Below are positions 27,801 through 41,044 of a stretch of 64,000 nt of DNA, in pieces. Position 1 is the stretch's first letter. Each line of letters begins with the position of its first letter. The notes below the pieces were generated by a model. The model saw only the letters and a list, made by a program, of their open reading frames with translations. It ran no database searches and was not told the origin of the DNA. Made by a program: the position numbers and the translations under genes. This DNA comes from Phyllobates terribilis (lineage: Eukaryota): NCBI RefSeq assembly GCF_046119375.1, contig NW_027362767.1, positions 137,206,001 to 137,270,000 of the forward strand, read 5' to 3'.

Positions 27801-30438
27801 ATCATACCAGAGATAATAAGTAAAGTGGAGATCATCAGACTACTGGACCACCAGGAATCATACCAGAGATAATAAGGAAAGAGGAGATCATCAGATTACT
27901 GGACCACCAGGGATCATACCAGAGATAATAAGTAAAGTGGAGATCATCAGACTACTGGACCACCAGGGATCATACCAGAGATAATAAGGAAAGTGGAGAT
28001 CATCAGATTACTGGACCACCAGGGATCATACCAGAGATAATAAGGAAAGTGGAGATCATCAGATTACTGGACCACCAGGGATCATACCAGAGATAATAAG
28101 GAAACTGGAGACCATCAGACTACTGGACCACCAGGGATCATACCAGAGATAATAAGGAAAGTGGAGATCATCAGATTACTGGACCACCAGGGATCATACC
28201 AGAGATAATAAGGAAAGTGGAGATCATCAGACTACTGGACCACCAGGAATCATACCAGAGATAATAAGGAAAGTGGAGATCATAAGAATACTGGACCACC
28301 AGGGATCATACCAGAGATAATAAGGAAAGTGGAGATCATCAGACTACTGGACCACCAGGGATCATACCAGAGATAAGGAAAGTGGAGATCATCAGACTAC
28401 TGGACCGCCAGGGATCATACCAGAGATAATAAGGAAAGTGGAGATCATCAGATTACTGGACCACCAGGGATCATACCAGAGATAATAAGGAAAGTGGAGA
28501 TCATCAGATTACTGGACCGCCATGGATCATACCCGAGATAATAAGGAAAGTGGAGATCATCAGACTACTGGACCACCAGGAATCATACCAGAGATAATAA
28601 GGAAAGTGGAGATCATCAAACTACTGGACCACCAGGGATCATACCAGAGATAATAAGGAAAGTGGAGATCATCAGACTACTGGACCGCCAGGGATCATAC
28701 CAGAGATAATAAGGAAAGTGGAGATCATCAGATTACTGGACCACCAGGGATCATACCAGAGATAATAAGGAAAGTGGAGATCATCAGATTACTGGACCAC
28801 CAGGGATCATACCAGAGATAATAAGGAAAGTGGAGATCATCAGACTACTGGACCACCGGGGATCATACCAGAGATAATAAGGAAAGTGGAGATCATCAGA
28901 TTACTGGCCCACCAGGGATCATACCAGAGATAATAAGGAAACTGGAGACCATCAGATTACTGGACCACCGGGGATCATACCAGAGATAATAAGGAAAGTG
29001 GAGATCATCAGATTACTGGACCACCAGGGATCATACCAGAGATAATAAGGAAAGTGGAGATCATCAGATTACTGGACCACCAGGGATCATACCAGAGATA
29101 ATAAGGAAAGTGGAGATCATCAGATTACTGGACCACCAGGGATCATACCAGAGATAATAAGGAAAGTGGAGATCATCAGACTACTGGACCACCAGGGATC
29201 ATACCAGAGATAATAAGGAAAGTGGAGATCATCAGATTACTGGACCACCAGGAATCATACCAGAGATAATAAGGAAAGTGGAGATCATCAGAATACTGGA
29301 CCACCAGGGATCATACCAGAGATAATAAGGAAAGTGGAGATCATCAGACTACTGGACCACCAGGGATCATACCAGAGATAATAAGGAAAGTGGAGATAAT
29401 CAGACTACTGGACCACCAGGGATCATACCAGAGATAACAAGGAAAGTGGAGATCATCAGACTACTGGACCACCAGGGATCATACCAGAGATAACAAGGAA
29501 AGTGGAGATCATCAGACTACTGGACCACCAGGGATCATACCAGAGATAATAAGGAAAGTGGAGATCATCAGATTACTGGACCACCAGGGATCATACCAGA
29601 GATAATAAGGAAAGTGGAGATCATCAGATTACTGGACCACCAGGGATCATACCAGAGATAATAAGGAAAGTGGAGATCATCAGACTACTGGACCACCAGG
29701 GATCATACCAGAGATAATAAGGAAAGTGGAGATCATCAGATTACTGGACCACCAGGAATCATACCAGAGATAATAAGGAAAGTGGAGATCATCAGATTAC
29801 TGGACCACCAGGGATCATACCAGAGATAATAAGGAAAGTGGAGATCATCAGACTACTGGACCACCAGGGATCATACCAGAGATAACAAGGAAAGTGGAGA
29901 TCATCAGACTACTGGACCACCAGGGATCATACCAGAGATAACAAGGAAAGTGGAGATCATCAGACTACTGGACCACCAGGGATCATACCAGAGATAATAA
30001 GGAAAGTGGAGATCATCAGATTACTGGACCACCAGGGATCATACCAGAGATAATAAGGAAAGTGGAGATCATCAGATTACTGGACCACCAGGGATCATAC
30101 CAGAGATAATAAGGAAAGTGGAGATCATCAGACTACTGGACCACCAGGGATCATACCAGAGATAATAAGGAAAGTGGAGATCATCAGATTACTGGACCAC
30201 CAGGAATCATACCAGAGATAATAAGGAAAGTGGAGATCATCAGATTACTGGACCACCAGGGATCATACCAGAGATAATAAGGAAAGTGGAGATCATCAGA
30301 CTACTGGACCACCAGGGATCATACCAGAGATAACAAGGAAAGTGGAGATCATCAGACTACTGGACCACCAGGGATCATACCAGAGATAACAAGGAAAGTG
30401 GAGATCATCAGACTACTGGACCACCAGGGATCATACCA
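24844..30438. repeat. 56-bp minisatellite (ggagatcatcagactactggaccaccagggatcataccagagataataaggaaagt), ~100 copies
   Basis: 56-bp periodicity throughout. Confidence 0.99.
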
Positions 30439-30974
30439 CACATTCCATCTTACAGCCACTTGCCACCGTGATATCTCAGAAATAGAGATCGTTATATGAC
30501 AAGACCGCCAGAAATTATACCACAGTTTTTCAGAAAACTGTGGTTCATCAGAGCACCATGCCACCAGGGATCAGGCTAGGGAGCACAAGGATGCTGGAGA
30601 ACCACCACTGGTAAGATCTAGGACAGGTATTTGGGGTCTCGCACTGGGCACAGAACAGTCTGAGAGCAGCGCACACCGGGGGCTTTAGGTCATCACAGGG
30701 ACAGTGGCAATACTCCGCTCTACTGACCGCACTCACCTCATCGGCTCCATGGGAGTCACCCCGGCCGAGTCCTCATTGTACCTGACCTGCAGCCTCACCT
30801 GGAAATGTAACTATGTCACAGCGATGTCTGGAATCTCAAGAATGTCAAATAATGGCGGCTACAACCCGGGGGAGCGAGGAGGACGTCACCTGTGTGACAG
30901 CACGGCACAGGAGCGTCCCCCTCACAGCTCCGCAGTCAGGGGGCGCGAAATAACACAGCACCCCAACATTCAGA

Positions 30975-31921
30975 GTGTCAGTGTCATTATCCTATACCCC
31001 GAGTGTCAGCGTCATTATCCTGTACCCCCAGTGTCAGCGTCATTATCCTGTACCCTCAGTGTCATTATCCCGTACCCCCAGTGTCAGTGTCATTATCCTG
31101 TACCCCCAGTGTCAGTGTCATTATCCTGTACCCCTAGTGTCATTATCCTGTACCCCTAGTGTCATTATCCTGTACCCCCAGTGTCAGTGTCATTATCCTG
31201 TACCCCTAGTGTCATTATCCTGTACCCCCAGTGTTAGCGTCATTATCCCTTACCCCCAGTGTCAGTGTCATTATCCTGTACCCTCAGTGTCATTCTCCCA
31301 TACCCCAGTGTCAGTGTCATTATCCTGTACCCCCAGTGTCAGTGTCATTATCCCGTACCCCCAGTGTCAGTGTCATTATCCTGTACCCTCAGTGTCAGCG
31401 TCATTATCCCGTACCCCCAGTGTCATTATCCTGTACCCCCAGTGTTAGCGTCATTATCCCTTACCCCCAGTGTCAGTGTCATTATCCTGTACCCTCAGTG
31501 TCATTCTCCCATACCCCAGTGTCAGTGTCATTATCCCGTACCCCCAGTGTCAGTGTCATAATCCTGTACCCCCAGTGTCAGCGTCATTATCCTGTACCCC
31601 CAGTGTCAGTGTCATTATCCCGTACCCCCAGTGTCAGTGTCATTATCCTGTACCCTCAGTGTCAGTGTCATTATCCTGTACCCTCAGTGTCAGCGTCATT
31701 ATCCCGTACCCCCAGTGTCAGCGTCATTATCCTGTACCCCCAGTGTCATTATCCAGTACCCCCAGTGTCAGCGTCATTATCCCGTACCCCCAGTGTCAGC
31801 GTCATTATCCTGTATCCCCAGTGTCAGTGTCATTATCCTGTACCCCCAGTGTCATTATCCCGTACCCCCAGTGTCAGTGTCATTATCCTGTACCCTCAGT
31901 GTCATTATCCCGTACCCCCAG
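30975..31921. repeat. Modular 22/28-bp minisatellite (cagtgt)n-cattatcctgtacccc
   Basis: Direct inspection; it explains the overlapping Cys/Ser/Val-rich ORFs. Confidence 0.95.
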
Positions 31922-33143
31922 TTTCCGTCCCCCTGTACGCCCCTATATGTTGGGGACACCGGGTGATGTGTATACAGCAGTTATGTAATGACAGTTAACC
32001 CTTCCTGTGCCGCGGGGCTGAGCTGCTGTGAGGCAGACAATGGCGCTGTGTTGGTGTCACGTGCGGCTCCTCGCTCTGCATTGTGTGTCTCTGCGGGGGA
32101 CGGTGCAGCGCTGGAGATACGTGTGACGGCCATTGTTGGCTGTTTCAGGAGGTCGCTGAACACGAGGCGACGGTGCAGACATCTGACAGCCTGCGGCGTG
32201 CGCACACATTGGGGACCGTGCCCGAGTTGTGGGGGGTCAGCGTAGGCTCCGGCCCTTTAACACATTAGGTTTTCTGCTGACACATGGCGGTCTGTCCCTG
32301 CCGCCGCTGACGTCCGTCCCGGGGTAACACAATTACAGCTTCTGTACATTATCAGCTTATTACATTACAGCTCCTATAATCCAATCCTGTGAGAACAGGA
32401 GAACCCGAGCCGGCGGCCATGTGTGAGGAGCGAGGACGCCGTCACGTACTATCGGGACCTCACGACAAGCAGAGAGCGGCAGAGGTGGCAGGGGCTGGCC
32501 GCCTACCGGAGAGGTCACCTCTCCTGGCATGTCTGATTATTATATTGTTCCTCTATTACCCCTCCTGGAAATGCAGGAATAAACTGACAACTGAGTGTAC
32601 AGGGGGCCAACAAGCACTGACCAGAGACCATCAGCATGTAGGGACCATCCATACCAATAAAGGGAATTGTAACCCTCAGTCACCACTTACTTTATCCAGT
32701 TCCAGGAGGAGTAACAGAGGGGTATTATTAGAAAGTATCAGTATTGACTAAAACAATGATCTATGTCAGTATGTCATTGAGATATATCATTAACAGAATG
32801 GTCAATGACGGAGCGTCCGGACATTGTGCCGTAACGTCCTCTGCTAATGTAATTACTGGGAAAGCTCGAGGCCAAAGAGGAATCACCACGTCCCCGGAGC
32901 AGAGGCCTCCACATCCTGAGACCTGGAGCAGCACTACAACCCCCAGCATGTCTCTGAAGAGGGATGATATTTCCCATGATGCAGTTTCATATTTTCAGTT
33001 CTCTTTGAACCTCGGGAAAGTGGCTCTGAGGCGGAGGATTGCCGCAGGCGGAGGACGGTCTGTGCCCTTACATGGGACTGCAGGCAATTACCAGCATTAT
33101 TCCCAGGCCTGGCAGGCCGATCCCCAGGGATGATAATCAACGC

Positions 33144-33484
33144 CAGCACAGGAGGCGACACTGCAGGCAGCACAGGAGGCGACGCTGCCGGCCGCACAGG
33201 AGGCGACGCTGCCGGCCGCACAGGAGGCGACTCTGCAGGCCGCACAGGAGGCGACGCTGCCGGCCGCACAGGAGGCGACGCTGCCGGCAGCACAGGAGGC
33301 GACGCTGCCGGCCGCACAGGAGGCGACGCTGCCGGCCGCACAGGAGGCGACGCTGCCGGCAGCACAGGAGGCGACGCTGCCGGCCGCACAGGAGGCGACG
33401 CTGCAGGCAGCACAGGAGGCGACGCTGCCGGCTGCACAGGAGGCGACGCTGCCGGCAGCACAGGAGGCGACACTGCAGGCAGCA
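33144..33484. repeat. 24-bp GC-rich minisatellite (cgcacaggaggcgacgctgccggc), ~14 copies
   Basis: 8-aa periodic ORFs on both strands (TGGDAAGR, PAASPPVR). Confidence 0.95.
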
Positions 33485-33553
33485 CGTACCACTCTGCTGA
33501 GCTACCATGCATCCGAGCAGACATCACTGTACCAGAGGACAAAAGACAGATAT

Positions 33554-34020
33554 GATAGGATTAGATACACGGTTTAGCAAGCAGTATCATAAAGGATTAG
33601 ATACATGACTCAGCAGACAGTATCAGTAGGATTAGATACATGACTCAGCAGACAGTATCAGTAGGATTAGACTGTGGGTACCATACTTTGTGTGTGTGTG
33701 TGGGGGGGGGGGGGGGGCGGGACTGTGTGGTACAGTACTGTGTGTGGGGGATTGTGAGGTACAATACTGTGTGTGGGGGATTGTGAGGTACAATACTGTG
33801 TGTGGGGGATTGTGAGGTACAATACTGTGTTAGCGTACTGTGGGGTACCATACTGTGTGTGGGGGAACTGTGGGTTACCGTACTGTGTGTGGGGGGACTG
33901 TATGGTAATGTACTTTGTGTGGGGGGACTGTATGGTAGCGTACTGTGTGTGGGGGAACTGTGAGGAACAGTACTGTGTGTGGGGGGACTGTAGGGTACTG
34001 TGTGTGGGGGGACTGGACAC
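33554..34020. repeat. Short cagcagacagtatc/ggattagatac repeats followed by ~31-bp tactgtgtgtggggg repeats
   Basis: Direct inspection; the first motif recurs at ~36065-36100 and, inverted, at 49214-49972. Confidence 0.8.
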
Positions 34021-34021
34021 A

Positions 34022-34838
34022 CAACTCAGGACCTCAGTCTACCATCCACAGATGGACAGTTTGGTTGCAAGGTTTAATAAAACCTTGAAGGCCATGTTGA
34101 AGTAGGTTGCTGTCTACTGCCATACCTTCTATTCTCCATCAGTGAAGTCCCATAGGCCTCTTCTGATTTTTCCCCTTTTGAGCTCTTGTATGGCCGACAC
34201 CCCTGTGGACTCCTGGATATAGGAAGGACACCTGGGAGGCAGAGTCTACACCCTACAGGAGTGTAATTGAACATGTCGCCCAGATGCTGAATGAGGTCTC
34301 TAAGTTCGGCACCTACCCAATGCCCCGTGTCGATGAATTGATTGAAAGGTTAGGGCCGGCCAGGGACATTACCACCCTTGACTTCACAAAAGGGTATTGG
34401 CAAATTTCTATGTCCCAAGACACCAAAGAGAAGATGGCCTTCTCAACGCCAAACGGCTGCTTCCAGTACACCAGGATGCCGTTTGGGTTGCAAGGTGCTC
34501 CAGCTACCTTCTAGAGAGCCATGGACCAGACCCTAGCTCCCCACAAGGAGTATGCAGTGGCTTACCTGGATGATATTGTGATCTACAGCCAGGATTGGGG
34601 AAGCCATCTGAGCAAAGTCCAGGCAATATTCAATGCTCTACGGAAGGTGGGGTTTTCCATCAACCCGAAGAAATGTGCCAAGGGCATGGATGAGGCCAGA
34701 TATTTGGGCTATGTCATAGGCAGAGGCGTGATAAAGCCTCAAATAAATAAAACTGAAGTGATCCAGGGATGGCCAGAACCTCTCTCAAAGAAGCAGGTCA
34801 GAGCCTTCCTGGGCATCGAGGGCTACTTTGGCAGATAA
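34022..34838 (+). mobile_element. Degenerate Gmr1-type Gypsy pol fragment (integrase upstream of RT)
   Basis: Integrase-like TSVYHPQMDSLVARFNKTLKAML and FSPFELLYGRHP precede RT motifs YPMPRVDEL, TLDFTKGYWQ, MPFGLQGAPATF and YLDDIVI. Several stops. Confidence 0.85.
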
Positions 34839-35034
34839 AATGGAGACCGAGTGTCTCATTCACTGTCTGTGGCTGGAGGTGTGGAGACCTCCAGTGTGTT
34901 TGTGCTAAAGGACACTGAACGTGAGCGGGCGGACCCGCCATTTGGTATGGACTATGTAGTTCTAATAAACCAGCCAGGACATTTTACTGAAGCCGCTTAC
35001 TGTGCTGACCTCAACTGCTGCTGAGTGAGTAAAA

Positions 35035-35214
35035 NNNNNNNNNNNNNNNNNNNNNNNNNNNNNNNNNNNNNNNNNNNNNNNNNNNNNNNNNNNNNNNNNN
35101 NNNNNNNNNNNNNNNNNNNNNNNNNNNNNNNNNNNNNNNNNNNNNNNNNNNNNNNNNNNNNNNNNNNNNNNNNNNNNNNNNNNNNNNNNNNNNNNNNNNN
35201 NNNNNNNNNNNNNN
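35035..35214. other. Assembly gap (180 N)
   Basis: Run of N. Confidence 1.
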
Positions 35215-35569
35215 GTCTGAGGAGCTCACAATCTCCCCCATCATCAGTACTCGCATACACGCGGTATCAGGCGCTGCAGCCGCTGGTTCCTCCGCAGGAC
35301 GCTCAGGCGGTCACATTATCTGGGACGTGGCGGAGGACGGATCGATCCTCCATCTCCAGGCTAAAAATATTCTCCGAATTCAGTTTATTGTGACCGAAAT
35401 AAATGTGTCTGAGTATGGAGGATGCAGGGGAGATGACGTGTCCTCCGAATATTCACAAAGTGACCTCAGGGGGCGCCATCACTACATGGATGATCTGGCT
35501 ATATAACTACAAGTCCCAGCATAACCTTACCGTTACATGTGAGACCAGAGCTCTATGTAGAGACCTTAC

Positions 35570-38500
35570 CTGTGTAAGGACACCATAAACCAGGTGGAGG
35601 GCGACATGGAGGAACGAGAAGACCTGATCCAGGGAGGAGTACAGTCTAGAGACACATCGTGTAAGAACAACACCACCCAACATCCAGAGACGAGACACCG
35701 AGCCAGACTCCGACTCCTCATCCGCCTCCTCAATACCGCCGCTCCGCAGTCCTGCAACATGGGACTATATTAATGCTGACAACCAGCTGTATCCCCTGTG
35801 TGAGATGTTGTCAGCCCCGCCCCCTAGTGATGACATCACTGATATAATTAGATAATAACTGGGGTACATGTGCGAATGATATGATAAGCCAGTGCTCTGA
35901 CAACTATGACTTTTCAGTTACTGTGCAACTACAACTCCCAGCATACACATGTCCACCTCACCAAGTGATTGCAGCGTACACATTGTCCTATAGTCACAGC
36001 CTGTACATGTGAGGAGTGAGAGTTTATCGCCACCTGCTGGGCACAACCTTGTACTGCACCCAGAGACAGCAGCTCTGCCGACAGTATCACACAGGATAGG
36101 ATTTAGGGGTATCATCTCTCCTTGTGGAAAGTGCCAAGCTCGTGTAAGGAGACTTAGTGGCCATGCAGTGCTCCTCTGGGAAATTATATATACAAATTGT
36201 CTCTTCAGAGAAGTAGGGGACTTGAACTCAATATTGACCCTTTAACAAGCCCAAAAGGCGATGTTACCCCTTATATCTCATCAGAGGCCTCTCATCCAGC
36301 ATAATCAGACCTGTTGATTTGCACTGCTGAGGGGTAAACACCCAGAAACAAGTGTCAACAAATACAGATGTATCTTACCCCGTGCGTCTCCTTCCTCGTC
36401 TTGTTTCGGGAGGTACAGATCCACCAATTCTTCTGCGTGGCTCACAGCCAGTTCAGCTCCCAATCTCACCACCTCCCAGGCCCTGAGGGTCCCCAGAGAA
36501 AGCATCCCTAAAGAAGTGACTTCATAGACTTCTCTGACCATAGTCTGGGTCCTGTTTATCATGTCCTGTGCCCGACCCATCGCCCGCGTCCTCACCGCGC
36601 TCACACCCATCACCAGCTTGATGTGGATATCTGCCGCCACCTATAATATGAGATTAGCAATGAGCGTGAACGAGGATAAATGATCCCAATATTCAATGGA
36701 CACAATGACAGGTCAGGACAACGATGACGTCACATATATATATTATTTACCTCATCCGCTGGTTCGTCAAGCACAGGGAGACGATCCTCCAGCTCATCAA
36801 CAACACATAACGCAACACCATTCATCACCGCAACTAGTCAGGAAAAAAACAGTACCCAATGAGATCCAAAGTATCACCGCTCTATGTCCTGGTGATCTGG
36901 GTGTAGTACTGATCACTATAGTGACCTCTCCCCAGTGATGTATATACAGTGATATCACCGCTCTATGTCCTGGTGATCGGGGGGGATACTGATCACTATA
37001 GTGACCTCTCTATGTCCTGGTGATCGGGGGGGTAGTACTGATCACTATAGTGACCTCTCCCCAGTGATGTATATACAGTAATATCACCGCTCTATGTCCT
37101 GGTGATCGGGGGGGATACTGATCACTATAGTGACCTCTCTATGTCCTGGTGATCGGGGGGGTAGTACTGATCACTATAGTGACCTCTCCCCAGTGATGTA
37201 TATACAGTAATATCACCGCTCTATGTCCTGGTGATCGGGGGGGTAGTACTGATCACTATAGTGACCTCTCCCCAGTGATGTATATACAGTGATATCACCG
37301 CTCTATGTCCTGGTGATCGGGGGGGGGGGGGGGGGGGTAGTACTGATCACTATAGTGGTCTCTCCCCAGGGATGTATATACAGTGATATCACTGCTCTAT
37401 GTCCTGGTGATCTGGGTGTAGTACTGATCACTATAGTGACCTCTCCCCAGTGATGTATATACAGTGATATCACCGCTCTATGTCCTGGTGATCTGGGTGT
37501 AGTACTGATCACTATAGTGACCTCTCCCCAGTGATGTATATACAGTGATATCGCCGCTCTATGTCCTGGTGATCTGGGTGTAGTACTGATCACTATAGTG
37601 ACCTCTCCCCAGTGATGTATATACAGTGATATCGCCGCTCTATGTCCTGGTGATCTGGGTGTAGTACTGATCACTATAGTGACCTCTCCCCAGTGATGTA
37701 TATACAGTGATATCACCGCTCTATGTCCTGGTGATCGGGGGGTTGTACTGATCACTATAGTGACCTCTCCCCAGTGATGTATATACAGTGATATCACCGC
37801 TCTATGTCCTGGTGATCGGGGGGTTGTACTGATCACTATAGTGACCTCTCCCCAGTGATGTATATACAGTGATATCACCGCTCTATGTCCTGGTGGTCTG
37901 GGTGTAGTACTGATCACTATAGTGACCTCTCCCCAGTGATGTGTATACAGTGATATCACCGCTCTATGTCCTGGTGGTCTGGGTGTAGTACTGATCACTA
38001 TAGTGACCTCTCTCCAGTGATGTATATACAGTGATATCACCGCTCTATGTCCTGGTGATCTGGGTGTAGTACTGATCACTATAGTGACCTCTCCCCAGTG
38101 ATGTACATACAGTGATATCACCGCTCTATGTCCTGGTGATCTGGGTGTAGTACTGATCACTATAGTGACCTCTCCCCAGTGATGTGTATACAGTGATATC
38201 ACCGCTCTATGTCCTGGTGATCGGGGGGTTGTACTGATCACTATAGTGACCTCTCCCCAGTGATGTATATACAGTGATATCACCGCTCTATGTCCTGGTG
38301 ATCGGGGGGTTGTACTGATCACTATAGTGACCTCTCCCCAGTGATGTATATACAGTGATATCACCGCTCTATGTCCTGGTGATCGGGGGGTTGTACTGAT
38401 CACTATAGTGACCTCTCCCCAGTGATGTACATACAGTGATATCACCGCTCTATGTCCTGGTGATCTGGGTGTAGTACTGATCACTATAGTGACCTCTCCC

Positions 38501-40729
38501 CAGTGATGTGTATACAGTGATATCACCGCTCTATGTCCTGGTGATCTGGGAGGATACTGATCACTATAGTGACCTCTCCCCAGTGATGTATATACAGTGA
38601 TATCACCGCTCTATGTCCTGGTGATCGGGGGGTTGTACTGATCACTATAGTGACCTCTCCCCAGTGATGTATATACAGTGATATCACCGCTCTATGTCCT
38701 GGTGATCGGGGGGTAGTACTGATCACTATAGTGACCTCTCCCCAGTGATGTACATACAGTGATATCACCGCTCTATGTCCTGGTGATCTGGGTGTAGTAC
38801 TGATCACTATAGTGACCTCTCCCCAGTGATGTATATACAGTGATATCACCGCTCTATGTCCTGGTGATCGGGGGGGTAGTACTGATCACTATAGTGGTCT
38901 CTCCCCAGGGATGTATATACAGTGATATCACTGCTCTATGTCCTGGTGATCGGAGGGTAGTACTGATCACTATAGTGACCTCTCCCCAGTGATGTATATA
39001 CAGTGATATCACCGCTCTATGTCCTGGTGATCGGAGGGTAGTACTGATCACTATAGTGACCTCTCCCCAGTGATGTATATACAGTGATATCACCGCTCTA
39101 TATCCTGGTGATCGGAGGGTAGTACTGATCACTATAGTGACCTCTCCCCAGTGATGTATATACAGTGATATCACCGCTCTATGTCCTGGTGATCGGGGGG
39201 GTAGTACTGATCACTATAGTGACCTCTCCCCAGTGATGTATATACAGTGATATCACCGCTCTATGTCCTGGTGATCGGGGGGGTAGTACTGATCACTATA
39301 GTGACCTCTCCCCAGTGATGTATATACAGTGATATCACCGCTCTATGTCCTGGTGATCGGGGGGTAGTACTGATCACTATAGTGACCTCTCCCCAGTGAT
39401 GTATATACAGTGATATCACCGCTCTATGTCCTGGTGATCGGGGGGTTGTACTAATCACTATAGTGACCTCTCTATGTCCTGGTGATCGGGGGGGGGGGTT
39501 GTACTGATCACTATAGTGACCTCTCTATGTCCCGGTGATCGGGGGGGTTGTACTGATCACTATAGTGACCTCTCTATGTCCTGGTGATAGGGGGGTAATA
39601 CTGATCACTATAGTGACCTCTCCCCAGTGATGTATATACAGTGATATCACCGCTCTATGTCCTGGTGATCGGGGGGCAGTATTGATCACTATAGTGACCT
39701 CTCTATGTCCTGGTGATAGGGGGGTTGTACTGATCACTATAGTGACCTCTCTTTGTCCTGGTGATAGGGGGGTAGTACTGAACACTATGGTGACCTCTAC
39801 GAGTCCACACGTCCTGCGCTGTATGCGCCTGGCACTGGTCTCCTGGGCTGCAGAAGATTATTTCTGTCTTGTAGACATCAGTGATCATTGACAGTCTGTG
39901 TTTTCCTGTCTGTGCCCGGCTCCCGCCTGTTTAGACCTCAGCAGTGTCTTCTTTCTGTGCTCACATGGCCGTGGCAGAATCCGCCCTGGCTCAGCTGTCT
40001 TGTGCCCTCAGGCACAGCCAGCCCCTGGCATCAGATTAGAGAGTCAGCGAGAGTCGGGCGTAGCTGGAGGTTCTGCTCTGATGGCCCATTATAGAAGGGC
40101 AGGCTAACATGCGGCCCCCTGATATCGCCGTCACGAGCCGTGCCACGTGCCACTGCTTCTTCCTCCTGCCGGGCACATTAACTAGATTCCTGCTCCCCTT
40201 TTATAAAATGGGGTCAGAGATTTGGCACCGGTCTGACCACTTCATTACGTGACTGTCCCGCAGGTCTGCCTCATGTGGGGATATAGTGCCAGGAATGTGC
40301 CCACCACTAACAATCTAATCCCAAAACCACCAAATAAACTGTAAAGTATTACCATGGACCTGACAGTCGGGCAGTGCCCATGCATAAAACCAATAGGGCA
40401 GCATCATAGATCCCACTGGACTTACGCTGAGGTTCCACAAGCTTTAAAATGGGAGAGACCCCGAGAGCGGCCGCTCCACCCACTGCTCGCACCCCTCTCT
40501 CCGAAACATCGCAGACGTACTCCACCAGGGGGTGCACAGACTTCACATCCTGGTACGCAAACGACAGGATCTGAGAGGCCGACTGGACGAGGGGCAAGCG
40601 GGCAACCCGCAGAACCACGCTGACCTAGACAACAACACATGTATGTAACAGAGAGATGGATGGATCATAGAGAGATAATAGACAGACGGACATGATGCTT
40701 ACAGTCTGGTTTTCTCCTCTTTCAGCCAT
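35570..40729 (-). CDS. Perilipin (PAT-family) gene, five coding exons (251 aa so far), probable plin6 orthologue; 3' exons unresolved
   Basis: Exons 40729-40703 (MAERGENQT), 40624-40426 (199 nt, PAT domain VSVVLRVARLPLVQSASQILSFAYQDVKSVHPLVEYVCDVSERGV...LKLVEPQ), 36833-36751 (83 nt, ...DELEDRLPVLDEPADE), 36640-36379 (262 nt, ...SHAEELVDLYLP...) and 35751-35570 (182 nt). All GT-AG, phases 0/1/0/1/0, no stops. The 83-nt and 182-nt exons match PLIN2 exon sizes. Confidence 0.92.
36881..39797. repeat. 81-bp minisatellite in a perilipin intron, ~36 copies
   Basis: 81-bp spacing (e.g. 37441 vs 37522); each unit contains the palindromes TCACTATAGTGA and GTGATATCAC. Confidence 0.98.
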
Positions 40730-41044
40730 TTCCTTTATAAATTTTGTAACTGCAGAAAAGAAAACAATATCTCATAATTAACAAAAAAAAATCAATACTG
40801 TTCCTACCAAAGGGTTAAGGACGCAAAAAGATGTTCTGCAGATCTATAGAGAGATCAGTGGTATAATAATCTGCAGGATATATCACCATGTATCTTTTGG
40901 GTTAGAGGAGCAATGTCCTGCAGATCTGTGGAGAGGTCATATCTGTATCTAGAAAAGCAGAGCAATAATGTAGCCGCTATGCAAAGGGCAAAGGGAGTAG
41001 CACCAAATCTTCAATGGCCAAGGTCAGAAGACTAGTAAAAGAAA

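Noticed and set aside
17847-30438. CRISPR-like arrays
   Set aside because: Pure tandem repeats without unique spacers, in a eukaryotic context with no cas genes.
30704-31998. Cys/Ser/Val-rich ORFs
   Set aside because: Minisatellite translations.
32934-33555. 202-aa (PAASPPVR)n and antifreeze- or elastin-like ORFs
   Set aside because: The 24-bp repeat is stop-free on both strands; no independent evidence of coding.
37303-39458. 407-aa and shorter ORFs with a 27-aa repeat
   Set aside because: Translations of the 81-bp satellite inside a perilipin intron.
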